DNA of 64,000 bases from a virus. The DNA lies in the IMG/VR virus record IMGVR_UViG_3300042898_006156, positions 49,560 through 113,559 of that record. One strand, 5' to 3'. The notes below the pieces were generated by a model, which worked only from the letters and a program-made list of their open reading frames with translations, did not search any database and was not told the origin of the DNA. The position numbers and the translations under genes were made by a program. Shown piece after piece: positions 37,268 through 46,966 of this stretch (positions within the stretch are counted from its first letter, which is position 1; each line of letters opens with the position of its first letter).

Positions 37268-38878
37268 TAATCCTGATAAAATGCCTTGAACTTGCTCATC
37301 ATCTAAATTAACTTTAGGCAAACTAAATCTTGATTTTTTCTTAAAGAAGTCTGCAGAATGATTTTCTTTAGATTTTCTTCCAGTGTTTCCATTTAAATTA
37401 AATTCAACAATATAATTTTTCTTTTTATCTGGGAAAATAAATTCAACAAACTGATTTACATCGTCATATTCATTTGAAGTAGGTTCGTGTATTCTCAATG
37501 ACACATTTTCACCCAAATGTTTTCGCATAGTGTCAACAACCATATCATCTAATTCAGGGTGTATTCCAGGTATTCTGCTTCTTTTAGAATTGAATTCTTC
37601 TGGCTTATCCAAAGCAGTATCTGGTTTATTTTCTAAATAATATTTATTGTCTTCTCTTTTTTCAGGAATATTTGGCTTGATACGAGAAGAACTTGGTTGA
37701 ACTTCCACTGGCTCTGTTTCAACATTGATTTGTGGAGTATTAAATTGCCTATTATTAAATGTAGGTGTAGTTAAGGACATAGCCTGATCAGATACATTAT
37801 TTTCTGTATTTTTTTGATCTATTTTTTCTTCAGCAGGACCAATTTTACTCTTTGGTTTACTTACTGCCTGAGGTAATGGTACTTTAATATTTTCTTCAGA
37901 TTTAATTTTTGTAGGCGATTGTTTTGATGGAGGCGTATCAGAATGTTGATTTACTCTTTCTTTTTTATCTTCTATCTGTTTGGAGGCTTGAGCTTTTGAT
38001 TGTGAATCAACAAGCTTTCCATTATCAAAAACTTTTATTGATTTGAATTTTTTTGGACTAGTAAATGGTTCTGAAATTTTTTCACCAGATTTTGCTTTAA
38101 GTTTGGTAGTGTTTCTATCATTATTTTCGTCTACTGTCTCAATAATAATTTGATGGAATTTATCATCACTCGGAGTTTGATATTGAATAAAATATCTATA
38201 CACATCATTGACTCTAGTGACATTGATAATTCTTCTATCTTCAACAATTTCAGAAACGGAAGGTATTTGCTGGATATTAAATAATGTAAAATTGACTGGA
38301 GGTAAAGAAGATAAAATTGAAGATATTACTCCAAAAATTACAGTGATGTATTTTGCAATCTCTTCTCTGTTTTCAATGAGATATTTAAGTAAATAATATA
38401 ATTTTGCAGATCCTGCTAAAACAAAAGCAACTGGCAAGCCTTTTCTTATAGCTACTTTTAATGTTTCATTTAACTTATTAATTCTTTTGTCTGATACTGA
38501 TAAAGTTTCAAGCATTTCGACAATTTCTTCACCTTTTTCAGATCTTTCTTGAACATCTATGAATTGATCATTTCCTGTAGATTGTAAAAATTGTTCTGCA
38601 AGTAAACTGTTGTTTGCTCCATATACATTAAAAATTTCTTCAAAATCATCAGATTCTTCAAATTGTGGTTGAGATCTAAAATATTCAATTGCAAAATTTT
38701 TATATTCTTCTTCTAAACCTTTTTCAGCAATAATATCTAAAGCTTCTTTATCACTTGGATTTTGTGTAGGTTGAGCAACTTTTATAAAATGCGAATGTAA
38801 TATTGAAGCTTCTTTGAAATTATTATTTTCAAAAGTTGTGATAATATCATGAAAAAGTACTAGATCAAATGTTTTCAT
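37253..38878 (-). CDS. Putative virion cargo protein with helical leader and possible membrane segment
   Basis: 541 aa; leader ends HFIKVAQ; hydrophobic YITVIFGVISSILSSL; long disordered C-half. Confidence 0.7.
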   Translation of the reverse strand: MKTFDLVLFHDIITTFENNNFKEASILHSHFIKVAQPTQNPSDKEALDIIAEKGLEEEYKNFAIEYFRSQPQFEESDDFEEIFNVYGANNSLLAEQFLQSTGNDQFIDVQERSEKGEEIVEMLETLSVSDKRINKLNETLKVAIRKGLPVAFVLAGSAKLYYLLKYLIENREEIAKYITVIFGVISSILSSLPPVNFTLFNIQQIPSVSEIVEDRRIINVTRVNDVYRYFIQYQTPSDDKFHQIIIETVDENNDRNTTKLKAKSGEKISEPFTSPKKFKSIKVFDNGKLVDSQSKAQASKQIEDKKERVNQHSDTPPSKQSPTKIKSEENIKVPLPQAVSKPKSKIGPAEEKIDQKNTENNVSDQAMSLTTPTFNNRQFNTPQINVETEPVEVQPSSSRIKPNIPEKREDNKYYLENKPDTALDKPEEFNSKRSRIPGIHPELDDMVVDTMRKHLGENVSLRIHEPTSNEYDDVNQFVEFIFPDKKKNYIVEFNLNGNTGRKSKENHSADFFKKKSRFSLPKVNLDDEQVQGILSGLLRRR

Positions 38879-38887
38879 ATCATTGTT

Positions 38888-38914
38888 TACTTATTTATAA
38901 AACTTAATACCTAT
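38888..38914 (-). promoter_or_regulatory. Putative late promoter ATAGG-N18-AGTA
   Basis: Variant of AAGG-N18-AGAA, 9 nt before ATG 38878. Confidence 0.45.
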
Positions 38915-41628
38915 CCTAAACTTTTTCTAAAATTATAAACTTTAGCAGTTTTATCTTCATCTCTCTCTATAGAAAGATCAACTTGTGTTTCATCTTGTTC
39001 AGCATCATCAAATCCTGGAAAATTGCCCGGTGGTCTTCCTGGTCCTTTAAATCTAGGAATAATGACATCAATTTTTCTACCACTAGGAATTGGTTCTGTC
39101 TGCTGTATTTGGAATCTTGAGTGTCCCTTGATATCTTGAGCTGTTGGAGGATCTTGTGTCTTTTTAGCTTGTTCTCTTAATTGCTCATTTTCTTTTCTTC
39201 TATCTTCGCCTTCTGGATTTACAATGTCTGTAGTAAGCAATCCGTTAGCCACAGCTTCTGCAATCTTTGAATAATAATCAGACATATATCCTTCAACTAC
39301 AGCTTCAGATACATCTTTAACATCAAAGATTAACATTTTTCCAGATTCTATTAATTGGGTTTCTACTTCTTTTAATTCTTTTTCAAGATCTGTTCTTTCA
39401 CGAGAATAAATAGGAGTAGACTGTATTTGTTGTAATAATTGATTTTTCCTACCAATCAAGCCTCTTCTGTAATCTCTTCTGCCTTGTATTTGAAATGTTT
39501 CGTGAAAAATCATCTCAAGTCTATTTCTTTGACGTTGTAATTTTTTATTAATTGCTTCAAGTGGGTCTGTTAATTTTATGGTTTGACCAGAATCAGATGT
39601 GAAAGTACCAAATCTTCCAGCTTCCATGTCTGCAAGTAATCTTGTAGCATTGGTTCCACCTGACATTAAGTGAACCATCTCATCCTGAATATCTAAAATC
39701 CATTGTTCTTTTGCAGCATTATAGATTTTTCTATCAGACATCAAGTTACCAATATGAGCATCAAATATTTTTGAAAGATAAGGAATGTCTCCGTGGATTC
39801 TTGCATAAAGCTCTGATGGATTAGAGATATATGCTTCTTCTGGTGTCAATTCTGGATTTAATGCAATAGAATCTTGCATCGTCAAATCACCAGACTGTAA
39901 ATATTGCAATGCGTGAGCAACTTCGTGTCTTCTGGTAGCTTCAACATAATTTTCAGCATCCATACCAATGTTTTCTGCTAAAGCTTTATGATAAGAAAGT
40001 TGATTCCATATGTCAGTTTTAATTAAGATAGCTGGTACTGGGCCTCTATCTTTAGTTGGAAATCTTGGGACAAATAATCCACCCCATTTTTCATCAATCA
40101 AATCTACAGGACCAATTTTCATTTTTGGAGCATTATTTTCTTGCATAAAGTTTTGTAAGCTCCAAGTGCTAAATTCTATGATTACCATCTGATCAGCATA
40201 TGTTTTGATGTCTTTTATGCTTGTTCCAGCAAAGGGTGCTTCTTGCATCATACGATCTTCATAGGATTGATATATTTTTCCAAAAATTTCGTCAGATTTA
40301 TTTTTTTGTCTAATTCCGCTTTCTGACATACCTTCTGGAACTACTTCATTTTTAGGTCCTTTTCCATATGCATAGTTGAAAGAACTATCTGATGCTTTAG
40401 TAATTTTAATTACACCCTGTTTTGCAGCTTTTTCCAATAAAGCTAAACCGTCAGATTGAATTTTTGCTTTGGCTGCAGTTCCACGAGCAATGATTTTATT
40501 TTTAATCTCATCACCCAAACTGCTCAAAAGATTTATATTAAATTTATCAAAATCTTCTGGGTTTTTTTCCAAATACCTTATGATGACTTCAGGCTTTGCA
40601 ATTCCCTTTATTATATACATAGGTGTGCAATCATCACCTAGCGAATCAATATAAGCAATAAATTTTTTACTTCTTTTAAGTTTTCCAATTAGCAAAGGAT
40701 TGTTGTCTAGTTCATATGAATTAATTACGTTATATAATCTTTTGACTAAAGGTGTTACGAATTCATCATACTGGGTATATTGTTCTAAATTAGTAAGTGT
40801 GTCAACTAAAGACTCTGTAGGTAAGCCCATAACCATGCTAACAACATCTTTTTGTTCTATATCAGATTGATTTAATATCTGAATAATCATATTTAAAATT
40901 TGAGGTGGATCAATTCCTGAAAAAAGAAAACTCTTTAATAGGGGCAGATAATTCTTTATTTCTCCACTCCAAATTGTAGTAATTGCAGCATCGTAACTCT
41001 CAAACTTTTCCAATTCAGGTTTCTGTTGTTTTAATTGTTCTATCAATAAATTTCTTTGTTCAGAATCGGGTATTCCCAGTAATGCTTTGTCATCACCACG
41101 CATCATAAATAAAGAGAGAGAATCACTTATTTCAGTGCCTTTTCTAACTAATAAATTAAGTGTCGTAAATCCAATACCTAAAGTAGAATTGACATATGCT
41201 TTTGCTTTTTCAGCATCAGGAATTTCGTCTCCTAATTTATTTCCTTTATGTCCTTGAGATTTTGAAAAACTATTTAATTTTCCCAAAAAATCTAGAACTT
41301 TCATCATATCTGTATTGGCAGAACTACCTTGTTTTTTCATTTCATTATCAATAAATTTTGATAATCCGCTAGTAAAATTGATTATATCTGCCATAGCATT
41401 AACATCTGTTGTAGCTTTTTCAAAATATTTATCAATAATAGAATCATTATTTTTGCCTTTTTCTATGTCAAATAACAACTTAAGCATAGCAGTCATAGTA
41501 GGCATATTATTTGGGCTGTAAAATGAAAAATCTTTGAATGTTCTAGAAAAAGAGCCACTCCAAACAACTTCTTTAGTTGAAAGGACATCCCAGGCAGTTG
41601 CTGATTCGATAATTTTTGAGTACCACAT
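38911..41628 (-). CDS. Large putative virion cargo protein with zincin metallopeptidase domain and MWY leader
   Basis: MWYSKIIESA; WGGLF...TRRHEVAHALQ...YISNPSELYAR. Confidence 0.75.
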   Translation of the reverse strand: MWYSKIIESATAWDVLSTKEVVWSGSFSRTFKDFSFYSPNNMPTMTAMLKLLFDIEKGKNNDSIIDKYFEKATTDVNAMADIINFTSGLSKFIDNEMKKQGSSANTDMMKVLDFLGKLNSFSKSQGHKGNKLGDEIPDAEKAKAYVNSTLGIGFTTLNLLVRKGTEISDSLSLFMMRGDDKALLGIPDSEQRNLLIEQLKQQKPELEKFESYDAAITTIWSGEIKNYLPLLKSFLFSGIDPPQILNMIIQILNQSDIEQKDVVSMVMGLPTESLVDTLTNLEQYTQYDEFVTPLVKRLYNVINSYELDNNPLLIGKLKRSKKFIAYIDSLGDDCTPMYIIKGIAKPEVIIRYLEKNPEDFDKFNINLLSSLGDEIKNKIIARGTAAKAKIQSDGLALLEKAAKQGVIKITKASDSSFNYAYGKGPKNEVVPEGMSESGIRQKNKSDEIFGKIYQSYEDRMMQEAPFAGTSIKDIKTYADQMVIIEFSTWSLQNFMQENNAPKMKIGPVDLIDEKWGGLFVPRFPTKDRGPVPAILIKTDIWNQLSYHKALAENIGMDAENYVEATRRHEVAHALQYLQSGDLTMQDSIALNPELTPEEAYISNPSELYARIHGDIPYLSKIFDAHIGNLMSDRKIYNAAKEQWILDIQDEMVHLMSGGTNATRLLADMEAGRFGTFTSDSGQTIKLTDPLEAINKKLQRQRNRLEMIFHETFQIQGRRDYRRGLIGRKNQLLQQIQSTPIYSRERTDLEKELKEVETQLIESGKMLIFDVKDVSEAVVEGYMSDYYSKIAEAVANGLLTTDIVNPEGEDRRKENEQLREQAKKTQDPPTAQDIKGHSRFQIQQTEPIPSGRKIDVIIPRFKGPGRPPGNFPGFDDAEQDETQVDLSIERDEDKTAKVYNFRKSLG

Positions 41629-41662
41629 ATTTAGTTTATTTTACATTTATCCCCAGAAACCC

Positions 41663-41691
41663 TTGATTTTAAAAGATAGGCTTGGTAATAT
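41663..41691 (+). promoter_or_regulatory. sigma70-type promoter TTGATT-N17-TAATAT, leaderless position
   Basis: -10 (with TG extension) ends 6 nt before the purA ATG. Confidence 0.6.
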
Positions 41692-41697
41692 TCTTTT

Positions 41698-42693
41698 ATG
41701 GAAACTTCAACTGTTGATGTAGTTATTGGTATGCAGTATGGTGATGAGGGCAAAGGTAAAATTGCTAATCAACTGGTAAGTACTGGTAATTATGATTATG
41801 TCGTCCGCTTTAATGGTGGAGGCAATGCTGGTCATACAATTTACCTCAATGGAGAGAAAATTGTTACACACCTTGTTCCTTGCGGCATTCTGCATGGTAT
41901 TCCTAGTATCATCGGTAATGGTTGTGTTATCAATACGCAAAAATTATTTGACGAACTTAAATATCTTGAAGGATTTGGGTTTGACACATCAATCCTTAAA
42001 ATAGCAGAAAACGCACATATAATAACCCAAGATCACATTGACGAAGATTCCAAAGATACAAAAATTGGAACAACTCGCACTGGAAATGGACCTTGTTATC
42101 GAGACAAGTTTGCCCGTATAGGTCTTCGTGCCAAAGATGTTCCAGAATTAGCTCCATATCTTGTTGATATGCATAGTCTTATTCATTCTTCCCCTAAGAG
42201 CTTTTTAGCCGAAGGAGCTCAAGGTTATTGGCTTGATGTTGACTTTGGCGATTACCCTTATGTCACATCATCAAATACAGGTGTAGGAGCAGTATTAAAT
42301 AATGGTTTCAATTATAAGCAAGTACGGAATGTTATCGGGGTTATCAAGTGTTATTCTACCTATGTTGGAGCTAAAGGATACCAAAAAGATGACGAGCGAT
42401 TTGAGCAGCTCAGAGAAATTGGTCAAGAGTATGGAGCCACGACAGGACGACCAAGACAAATTGACTGGCTCAACATCCAAGAAGTTATAACTGCTTGTCA
42501 AATGAATGGTGTTACTAAACTCATCATTAATAAAATGGATGTTCTTCGACAAGTTGACAGTGCTTGGAATTATTACGAAAACAATATGTTGATTTCTTGT
42601 GCAAATGAAGATACATTTGTTTCTAATATTTCGAAAGAAGTTGGAATGGTACTTCCTGGTATATTTATCCAATTCCAAGGGCAACTACATTGA
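41698..42693 (+). CDS. purA: Adenylosuccinate synthetase (short form)
   Basis: GMQYGDEGKGK, RFNGGGNAGHT, IGTTRTGNGP, EGAQG, YPYVTSS, EYGATTGRPR, KMDVL. Confidence 0.96.
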   Translation: METSTVDVVIGMQYGDEGKGKIANQLVSTGNYDYVVRFNGGGNAGHTIYLNGEKIVTHLVPCGILHGIPSIIGNGCVINTQKLFDELKYLEGFGFDTSILKIAENAHIITQDHIDEDSKDTKIGTTRTGNGPCYRDKFARIGLRAKDVPELAPYLVDMHSLIHSSPKSFLAEGAQGYWLDVDFGDYPYVTSSNTGVGAVLNNGFNYKQVRNVIGVIKCYSTYVGAKGYQKDDERFEQLREIGQEYGATTGRPRQIDWLNIQEVITACQMNGVTKLIINKMDVLRQVDSAWNYYENNMLISCANEDTFVSNISKEVGMVLPGIFIQFQGQLH

Positions 42694-43787
42694 AATTTAA
42701 GTTGAATAAGGCAGAGCATCTTGTATGCTTTGCCTTACTTAATAAAATTGAGAAATCTAAGCTATCGATGCGAGAAAACAAAGCATCATCTAGTAGTCTT
42801 ATATTTCATTCTTCTGATGGAAAATTATATGTGCAGTCAGAAAACAATTTTTGTTGTTCTAAATTTCTACTAAAAAATGTTGAACCTACTGAAGATGGCA
42901 CTTTTGGCTTAGATATATCCTCTTTCTATAATGCTGTAAATAATTTTCCAACAGAAGAAATTCAATTTATCTATAATGCTGAAGAAAATATGCTTATCTT
43001 TGGTAATAAGAAAACAAGAGTGTCTTTGGCTTCTGCACCTGTTGATAACTTTACAGTAGATTTTTCTAGTAATTTAGAGCCTTTGGATATTACTGTTGAC
43101 GATTTTGTTCACAGTATCAAGATGACTTCATTTTCTTGTGCCCCTGATTTTGATGAGCACCCTTATACTTCTATTCTTTGGTTTATTGAAGATGGGAAAA
43201 TCAATACTCAATCTTCAGACAAACATAGAATTAGTGTGTTTGGCAAGAAGTATGAATTACAGCCATCTTACTTAATTTCAAAAACTATCTCTGATATCGT
43301 TTTGTATTATGTAGAAAAAGTATCAGCTGTTGTCTTTTCATTACACAATAGCAAGCTTTACCTTTCTTGGGATGGCGGAGAATTGTTTTGTAATCTTGAG
43401 AAGAATACTTTTGAAAAGATATTTTCAAATTTCAATCAATTCTTTAGTGATAGCTTCTTCTTGTCTCTTGCACTTGAAAAAGATGCATTAGTTAAGAGTG
43501 TGAAGTTTGTTTCAAGCATCGCAAATTCTCATATGATAAGCTTGAATTTAGATGCTGATAAGCTTGTCATATCTGGAAACAGCAATGAAAAAAATGCAGT
43601 GGTAGATACAATTGAAATAGAGAATAATGAATTATTTTCAGTCTCGTATGTGTCTTCTCATCTAATCAGAGCTTTAGATTTACTTGACAATAAGAAAATT
43701 AAACTAAATTTTATCAAGCATAATGACTTTATTTTATTAATGTTAGAAGCAGAAAACTTCAAGCACATATTGTTTCCAATGGATTAA
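42690..43787 (+). CDS. dnaN: DNA polymerase III beta sliding clamp (divergent)
   Basis: 365 aa; QSSDKHRIS (cf. ATDGHRLA), C-terminal HILFPM (cf. VVMPM). Confidence 0.8.
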   Translation: MKFKLNKAEHLVCFALLNKIEKSKLSMRENKASSSSLIFHSSDGKLYVQSENNFCCSKFLLKNVEPTEDGTFGLDISSFYNAVNNFPTEEIQFIYNAEENMLIFGNKKTRVSLASAPVDNFTVDFSSNLEPLDITVDDFVHSIKMTSFSCAPDFDEHPYTSILWFIEDGKINTQSSDKHRISVFGKKYELQPSYLISKTISDIVLYYVEKVSAVVFSLHNSKLYLSWDGGELFCNLEKNTFEKIFSNFNQFFSDSFFLSLALEKDALVKSVKFVSSIANSHMISLNLDADKLVISGNSNEKNAVVDTIEIENNELFSVSYVSSHLIRALDLLDNKKIKLNFIKHNDFILLMLEAENFKHILFPMD

Positions 43788-43788
43788 A

Positions 43789-44790
43789 ATGTTCCCAAGA
43801 ATTTACTATGGATCAACCACTTTAGCATTGAATAAGATCAAGGAAGAATTCCCTGGTCTTATTCTTTGTATCGATAACAATGTTGAAAAGATTGTCAATG
43901 GTTATTCTAAATTCTTTGATATGAATAATATTTATATCCACACAAATATTTCCAATGAAGATATTAAACTCATTCAAGATAAGAGTGAAAAACTAGGAAT
44001 CAAACACATCATTTTATATGAGGATGATAGCTTTGATGGTAGATTATCTCTCATTGCAAAAGCCAAGAAGAATAGCTTGATTTTTGATTGTAGTTATCCG
44101 CTTGCTGGAGATTCTAATTCATTAAAACGCCATATCAATAATTTTGTTATGAAAAACAATGCGAATATAAATGGTGAGACTTTAAACCATTTAGTTCAAA
44201 TTTGTCCTATTTTACGTATCAAATCAAAACAGTCTGGCAGTAAGAAAGAAATCTTGTGCTACGATATTGATATTTTATTTAAAGAACTAGAAAAGATCAT
44301 TTCTTACACAGATAAAATATTTTTGCGTGATCTTTCAAATGCTTCTTTCAATGAAGAATGCGACATATTCGAATTTATCGATAAACTGATGAATAAAGAT
44401 CTAGACTATTGCTTGTTAAAGATAGATCTACTAATTGATTCTATGGGTGAGCAAGGGTTTTTATTGGTTCTTTTAAGCCAATTGAACTTTATGCTTGTAA
44501 TATCAGAAACTGATAAGAAATTTCATCCACTTACAGAAGTTCAAGAAATTGTTGAATTACGGGATATTTTAGGCAAGTATTTAGATGATGAATACAAAGA
44601 GCCTACATTCACTGTTAAAGCTCAAAATCCAATTAGGATTCGCATACAATCAAGCAAAGAAAATTTATATAGTCCAGCTCAGTTTTCTAAAATGATTACA
44701 TTAGTGGTAGATAGCATTGTGGATTTACGTACTAATGGCTCTGTCAATCATTCAGTTCCAATATTGATTTCAAAACTGGCATCTGTATAA
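43789..44790 (+). CDS. holA: Clamp loader delta (HolA)-like subunit
   Basis: 333 aa after dnaN; ELEKIISY, CDIFEFIDKL pattern of HolA; no Walker A. Confidence 0.65.
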   Translation: MFPRIYYGSTTLALNKIKEEFPGLILCIDNNVEKIVNGYSKFFDMNNIYIHTNISNEDIKLIQDKSEKLGIKHIILYEDDSFDGRLSLIAKAKKNSLIFDCSYPLAGDSNSLKRHINNFVMKNNANINGETLNHLVQICPILRIKSKQSGSKKEILCYDIDILFKELEKIISYTDKIFLRDLSNASFNEECDIFEFIDKLMNKDLDYCLLKIDLLIDSMGEQGFLLVLLSQLNFMLVISETDKKFHPLTEVQEIVELRDILGKYLDDEYKEPTFTVKAQNPIRIRIQSSKENLYSPAQFSKMITLVVDSIVDLRTNGSVNHSVPILISKLASV

Positions 44791-44791
44791 T
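44764..44791 (+). promoter_or_regulatory. sigma70-type promoter TTGATT-N16-TATAAT, leaderless position
   Basis: -10 ends 6 nt before ATG 44798. Confidence 0.6.
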
Positions 44792-44797
44792 TTTTTT

Positions 44798-45364
44798 ATG
44801 GCTGATCATAACTACGACGAAATTAATAAATTACTATATAAGTACAAAGCTGGTAATGATTCGGCTTTATATGAATTGTATGAATTTTATAAACCCTTAT
44901 TTATTTCATCCGTAAAAAGAATTATCTATAAAGAACCTAGACTTTCTCCTTACAGAGAAGATATTTTAGGCGATACATTATTTGTTTTTATTAAGTTGAT
45001 AGACCAATATGATCCTAAATTATCTTATTTCTCATACTTCTTATCTACTAGAATTGATATAAATTTATTTCGTTATATTTCTGACAAATATTTTCCAAAA
45101 GAAGAGTCAGTAGAAGAAGTAGAATTTCAAGAGCAATATGATGATCCATTTAATAAAATTGACAATGTAATTTGCATTCATCAAGCTTATGAAAAATTAA
45201 ATGAGAAAAGCAAAGAAGTGATACAAGTTTATTTCTTTGAGCAATTAGATCAAAAAGAAGCTTCTGAAAAGTTAGGAATTACTCAAGGTGCCTTTTCTAA
45301 AAGACTATCTAAAGCGCTTGAACAAATGAAAAATATATTGGGAAAAGATTTCCTTTTTGATTAA
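44798..45364 (+). CDS. sigma70-family (region 2 plus region 4) sigma factor
   Basis: GNDSALYELYEFYKP, YDPKLSYFSYFL, LNEKSKEVIQVYFFEQLDQKEASEKLGITQGAFSKRLSKAL. Confidence 0.88.
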   Translation: MADHNYDEINKLLYKYKAGNDSALYELYEFYKPLFISSVKRIIYKEPRLSPYREDILGDTLFVFIKLIDQYDPKLSYFSYFLSTRIDINLFRYISDKYFPKEESVEEVEFQEQYDDPFNKIDNVICIHQAYEKLNEKSKEVIQVYFFEQLDQKEASEKLGITQGAFSKRLSKALEQMKNILGKDFLFD

Positions 45365-45410
45365 TGGAATATATTTTTTGATTTCTCGTATTATATAGAT
45401 ATGTTCCACA

Positions 45411-45448
45411 AAAACCTCTAAGACATTATAATTGCGTCTAGAGGTTTT
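45411..45448 (+). terminator. Imperfect hairpin at the replication/head module boundary (probable terminator)
   Basis: AAAACCTCTA(A)GAC-loop-GTCTAGAGGTTTT followed by an AT-rich run. Confidence 0.55.
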
Positions 45449-45506
45449 ATTATTTAAATAAGTTCCTTTATTGGTGGGGATAAAAAATCAAAGGGAGATA
45501 AGAGAA

Positions 45507-46220
45507 GTGTCTGAAAACAACTCAAATGACATGATTTACAACTGGCGCAATGAATTACGTTCACATAATGATGGTGTTCTTATTGTTGCAAATAGTCAAG
45601 CTCAAAAATACAAAAATCAAGGTTTCGATAAGTCCGAAGTTGTAGAATTGCTCGCAGCTGATAATTTTGATTTAGACGTTGCTAATAGAATCGCTTCAAA
45701 GTTATTTGATTCTGCTGAAAAAGTAGAACAAAACACTGCTGTTGAAGTTGCTGTAGTTCCAACTAGATATTCTGACTGTGCTCCTGTTATTGAAAGATCA
45801 TTAACTAAATTGTCTGCAAAGGAATTCGTCAAGAGACTTTGTGGTGGTCCTCATTCAATTGTAAAAACTGATGAAAAGGGATTAGGATTCTGGTTAAGAA
45901 TTACTCAAGCTGCTAAAGATAGTACTTCTGGGAAGAATCATTTACACGCATCATTAAGACCTTACATCGAAGAAACACTTCTCAACAATGTTCTTTTAGC
46001 ACAATCCCAAGAAGCACAAATCAAGACTGCTTCAAAAACCAAATTTGTTGTATCTATGAAGAAGGGAACTGCTGAAGTTGATTTATCAAATGCAACTTCA
46101 TCAAGCGACAAATTTATTGCTGGAAATTATGTTGATTTTGGGCTTGCTGATGAATTTATGGTGAAGGCCGCTGATACAGTTTCGCCATATCAGAGATTGA
46201 AAAGAGCTCTCAAAGACTAA
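45507..46220 (+). CDS. Hypothetical head-region protein
   Basis: GTG 45507 with AAGGGAG RBS (track start 45471); contains IKTASK site. Confidence 0.7.
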   Translation: MSENNSNDMIYNWRNELRSHNDGVLIVANSQAQKYKNQGFDKSEVVELLAADNFDLDVANRIASKLFDSAEKVEQNTAVEVAVVPTRYSDCAPVIERSLTKLSAKEFVKRLCGGPHSIVKTDEKGLGFWLRITQAAKDSTSGKNHLHASLRPYIEETLLNNVLLAQSQEAQIKTASKTKFVVSMKKGTAEVDLSNATSSSDKFIAGNYVDFGLADEFMVKAADTVSPYQRLKRALKD

Positions 46221-46239
46221 CTCACACTCTAAACTATTG

Positions 46240-46271
46240 AACAAGCCGCTTTTAAGCGGCTTGTTTGTTTT
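46240..46271 (+). terminator. Rho-independent terminator
   Basis: AACAAGCCGCTT-tt-AAGCGGCTTGTT followed by a T-rich tail. Confidence 0.75.
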
Positions 46272-46285
46272 GTATAACTAAAGAA

Positions 46286-46966
46286 ATGGAATCAAAAAAA
46301 GAAACTGTAGATGCACTCATTGTTCCTGATGAAGGACCAAAGAAAGCATCTAAAATGTTCAGGGATTTGAAAGAAGGGGACAAACCATTAGCGCCTCTTC
46401 CCCCTGATAATATGAGTGATATATCTTATCCTCAATTTATGGAACCAAGATGCGCAATTTGTACTTCACCTTTCAGAGATTTGGTAGAACACGTATATCT
46501 TGATTCTGGACGTAAAAATCAATCAGTAATTAGATTCTTCCTACAGTATTTTGATGCACAGATGAACTGGATGCAGATTAATACTCACATGGAACAACAC
46601 TGTGATTTCAAAAAAATCTCAACTTCAGGTCTTAAAAATTATGAGCAAAGGGAAGAACTTATTGCTCCTTGGATTTTTCGTGAACATCATCTTGCCTTGA
46701 CTGCATTACTTGTAGAACTTGATGATGTAAGAGGAATTGACTGCTCTAAAAACAATGATATGAAGCTTAAAAGAGCAGCAATGGTAGAAAAGTTAATTTC
46801 TAAAATCTTACATCTTAAAGAAGTAAGAGATAATCAAGGTATTTATAATATCAACATTTTCGAAATTCTTGCTAAATTGCACGAAAAGATGGATTCTGAA
46901 AATGATAAAAGAATTATTAGAGAAGAAATTGTTGCTTTAAGAGAAAAGATCCAACAAGATAATTAA
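46286..46966 (+). CDS. Putative terminase small subunit
   Basis: Directly upstream of TerL; EPRCAIC...H...H zinc/HTH-like N-domain, helical C-terminus; ATG 46286 (track start 46265). Confidence 0.65.
   Translation: MESKKETVDALIVPDEGPKKASKMFRDLKEGDKPLAPLPPDNMSDISYPQFMEPRCAICTSPFRDLVEHVYLDSGRKNQSVIRFFLQYFDAQMNWMQINTHMEQHCDFKKISTSGLKNYEQREELIAPWIFREHHLALTALLVELDDVRGIDCSKNNDMKLKRAAMVEKLISKILHLKEVRDNQGIYNINIFEILAKLHEKMDSENDKRIIREEIVALREKIQQDN

Noticed and set aside
41698-42693. PurZ / 2-aminoadenine DNA pathway
   Set aside because: The canonical PurA GDEGKG motif is retained and no DatZ/MazZ-like neighbours were recognised
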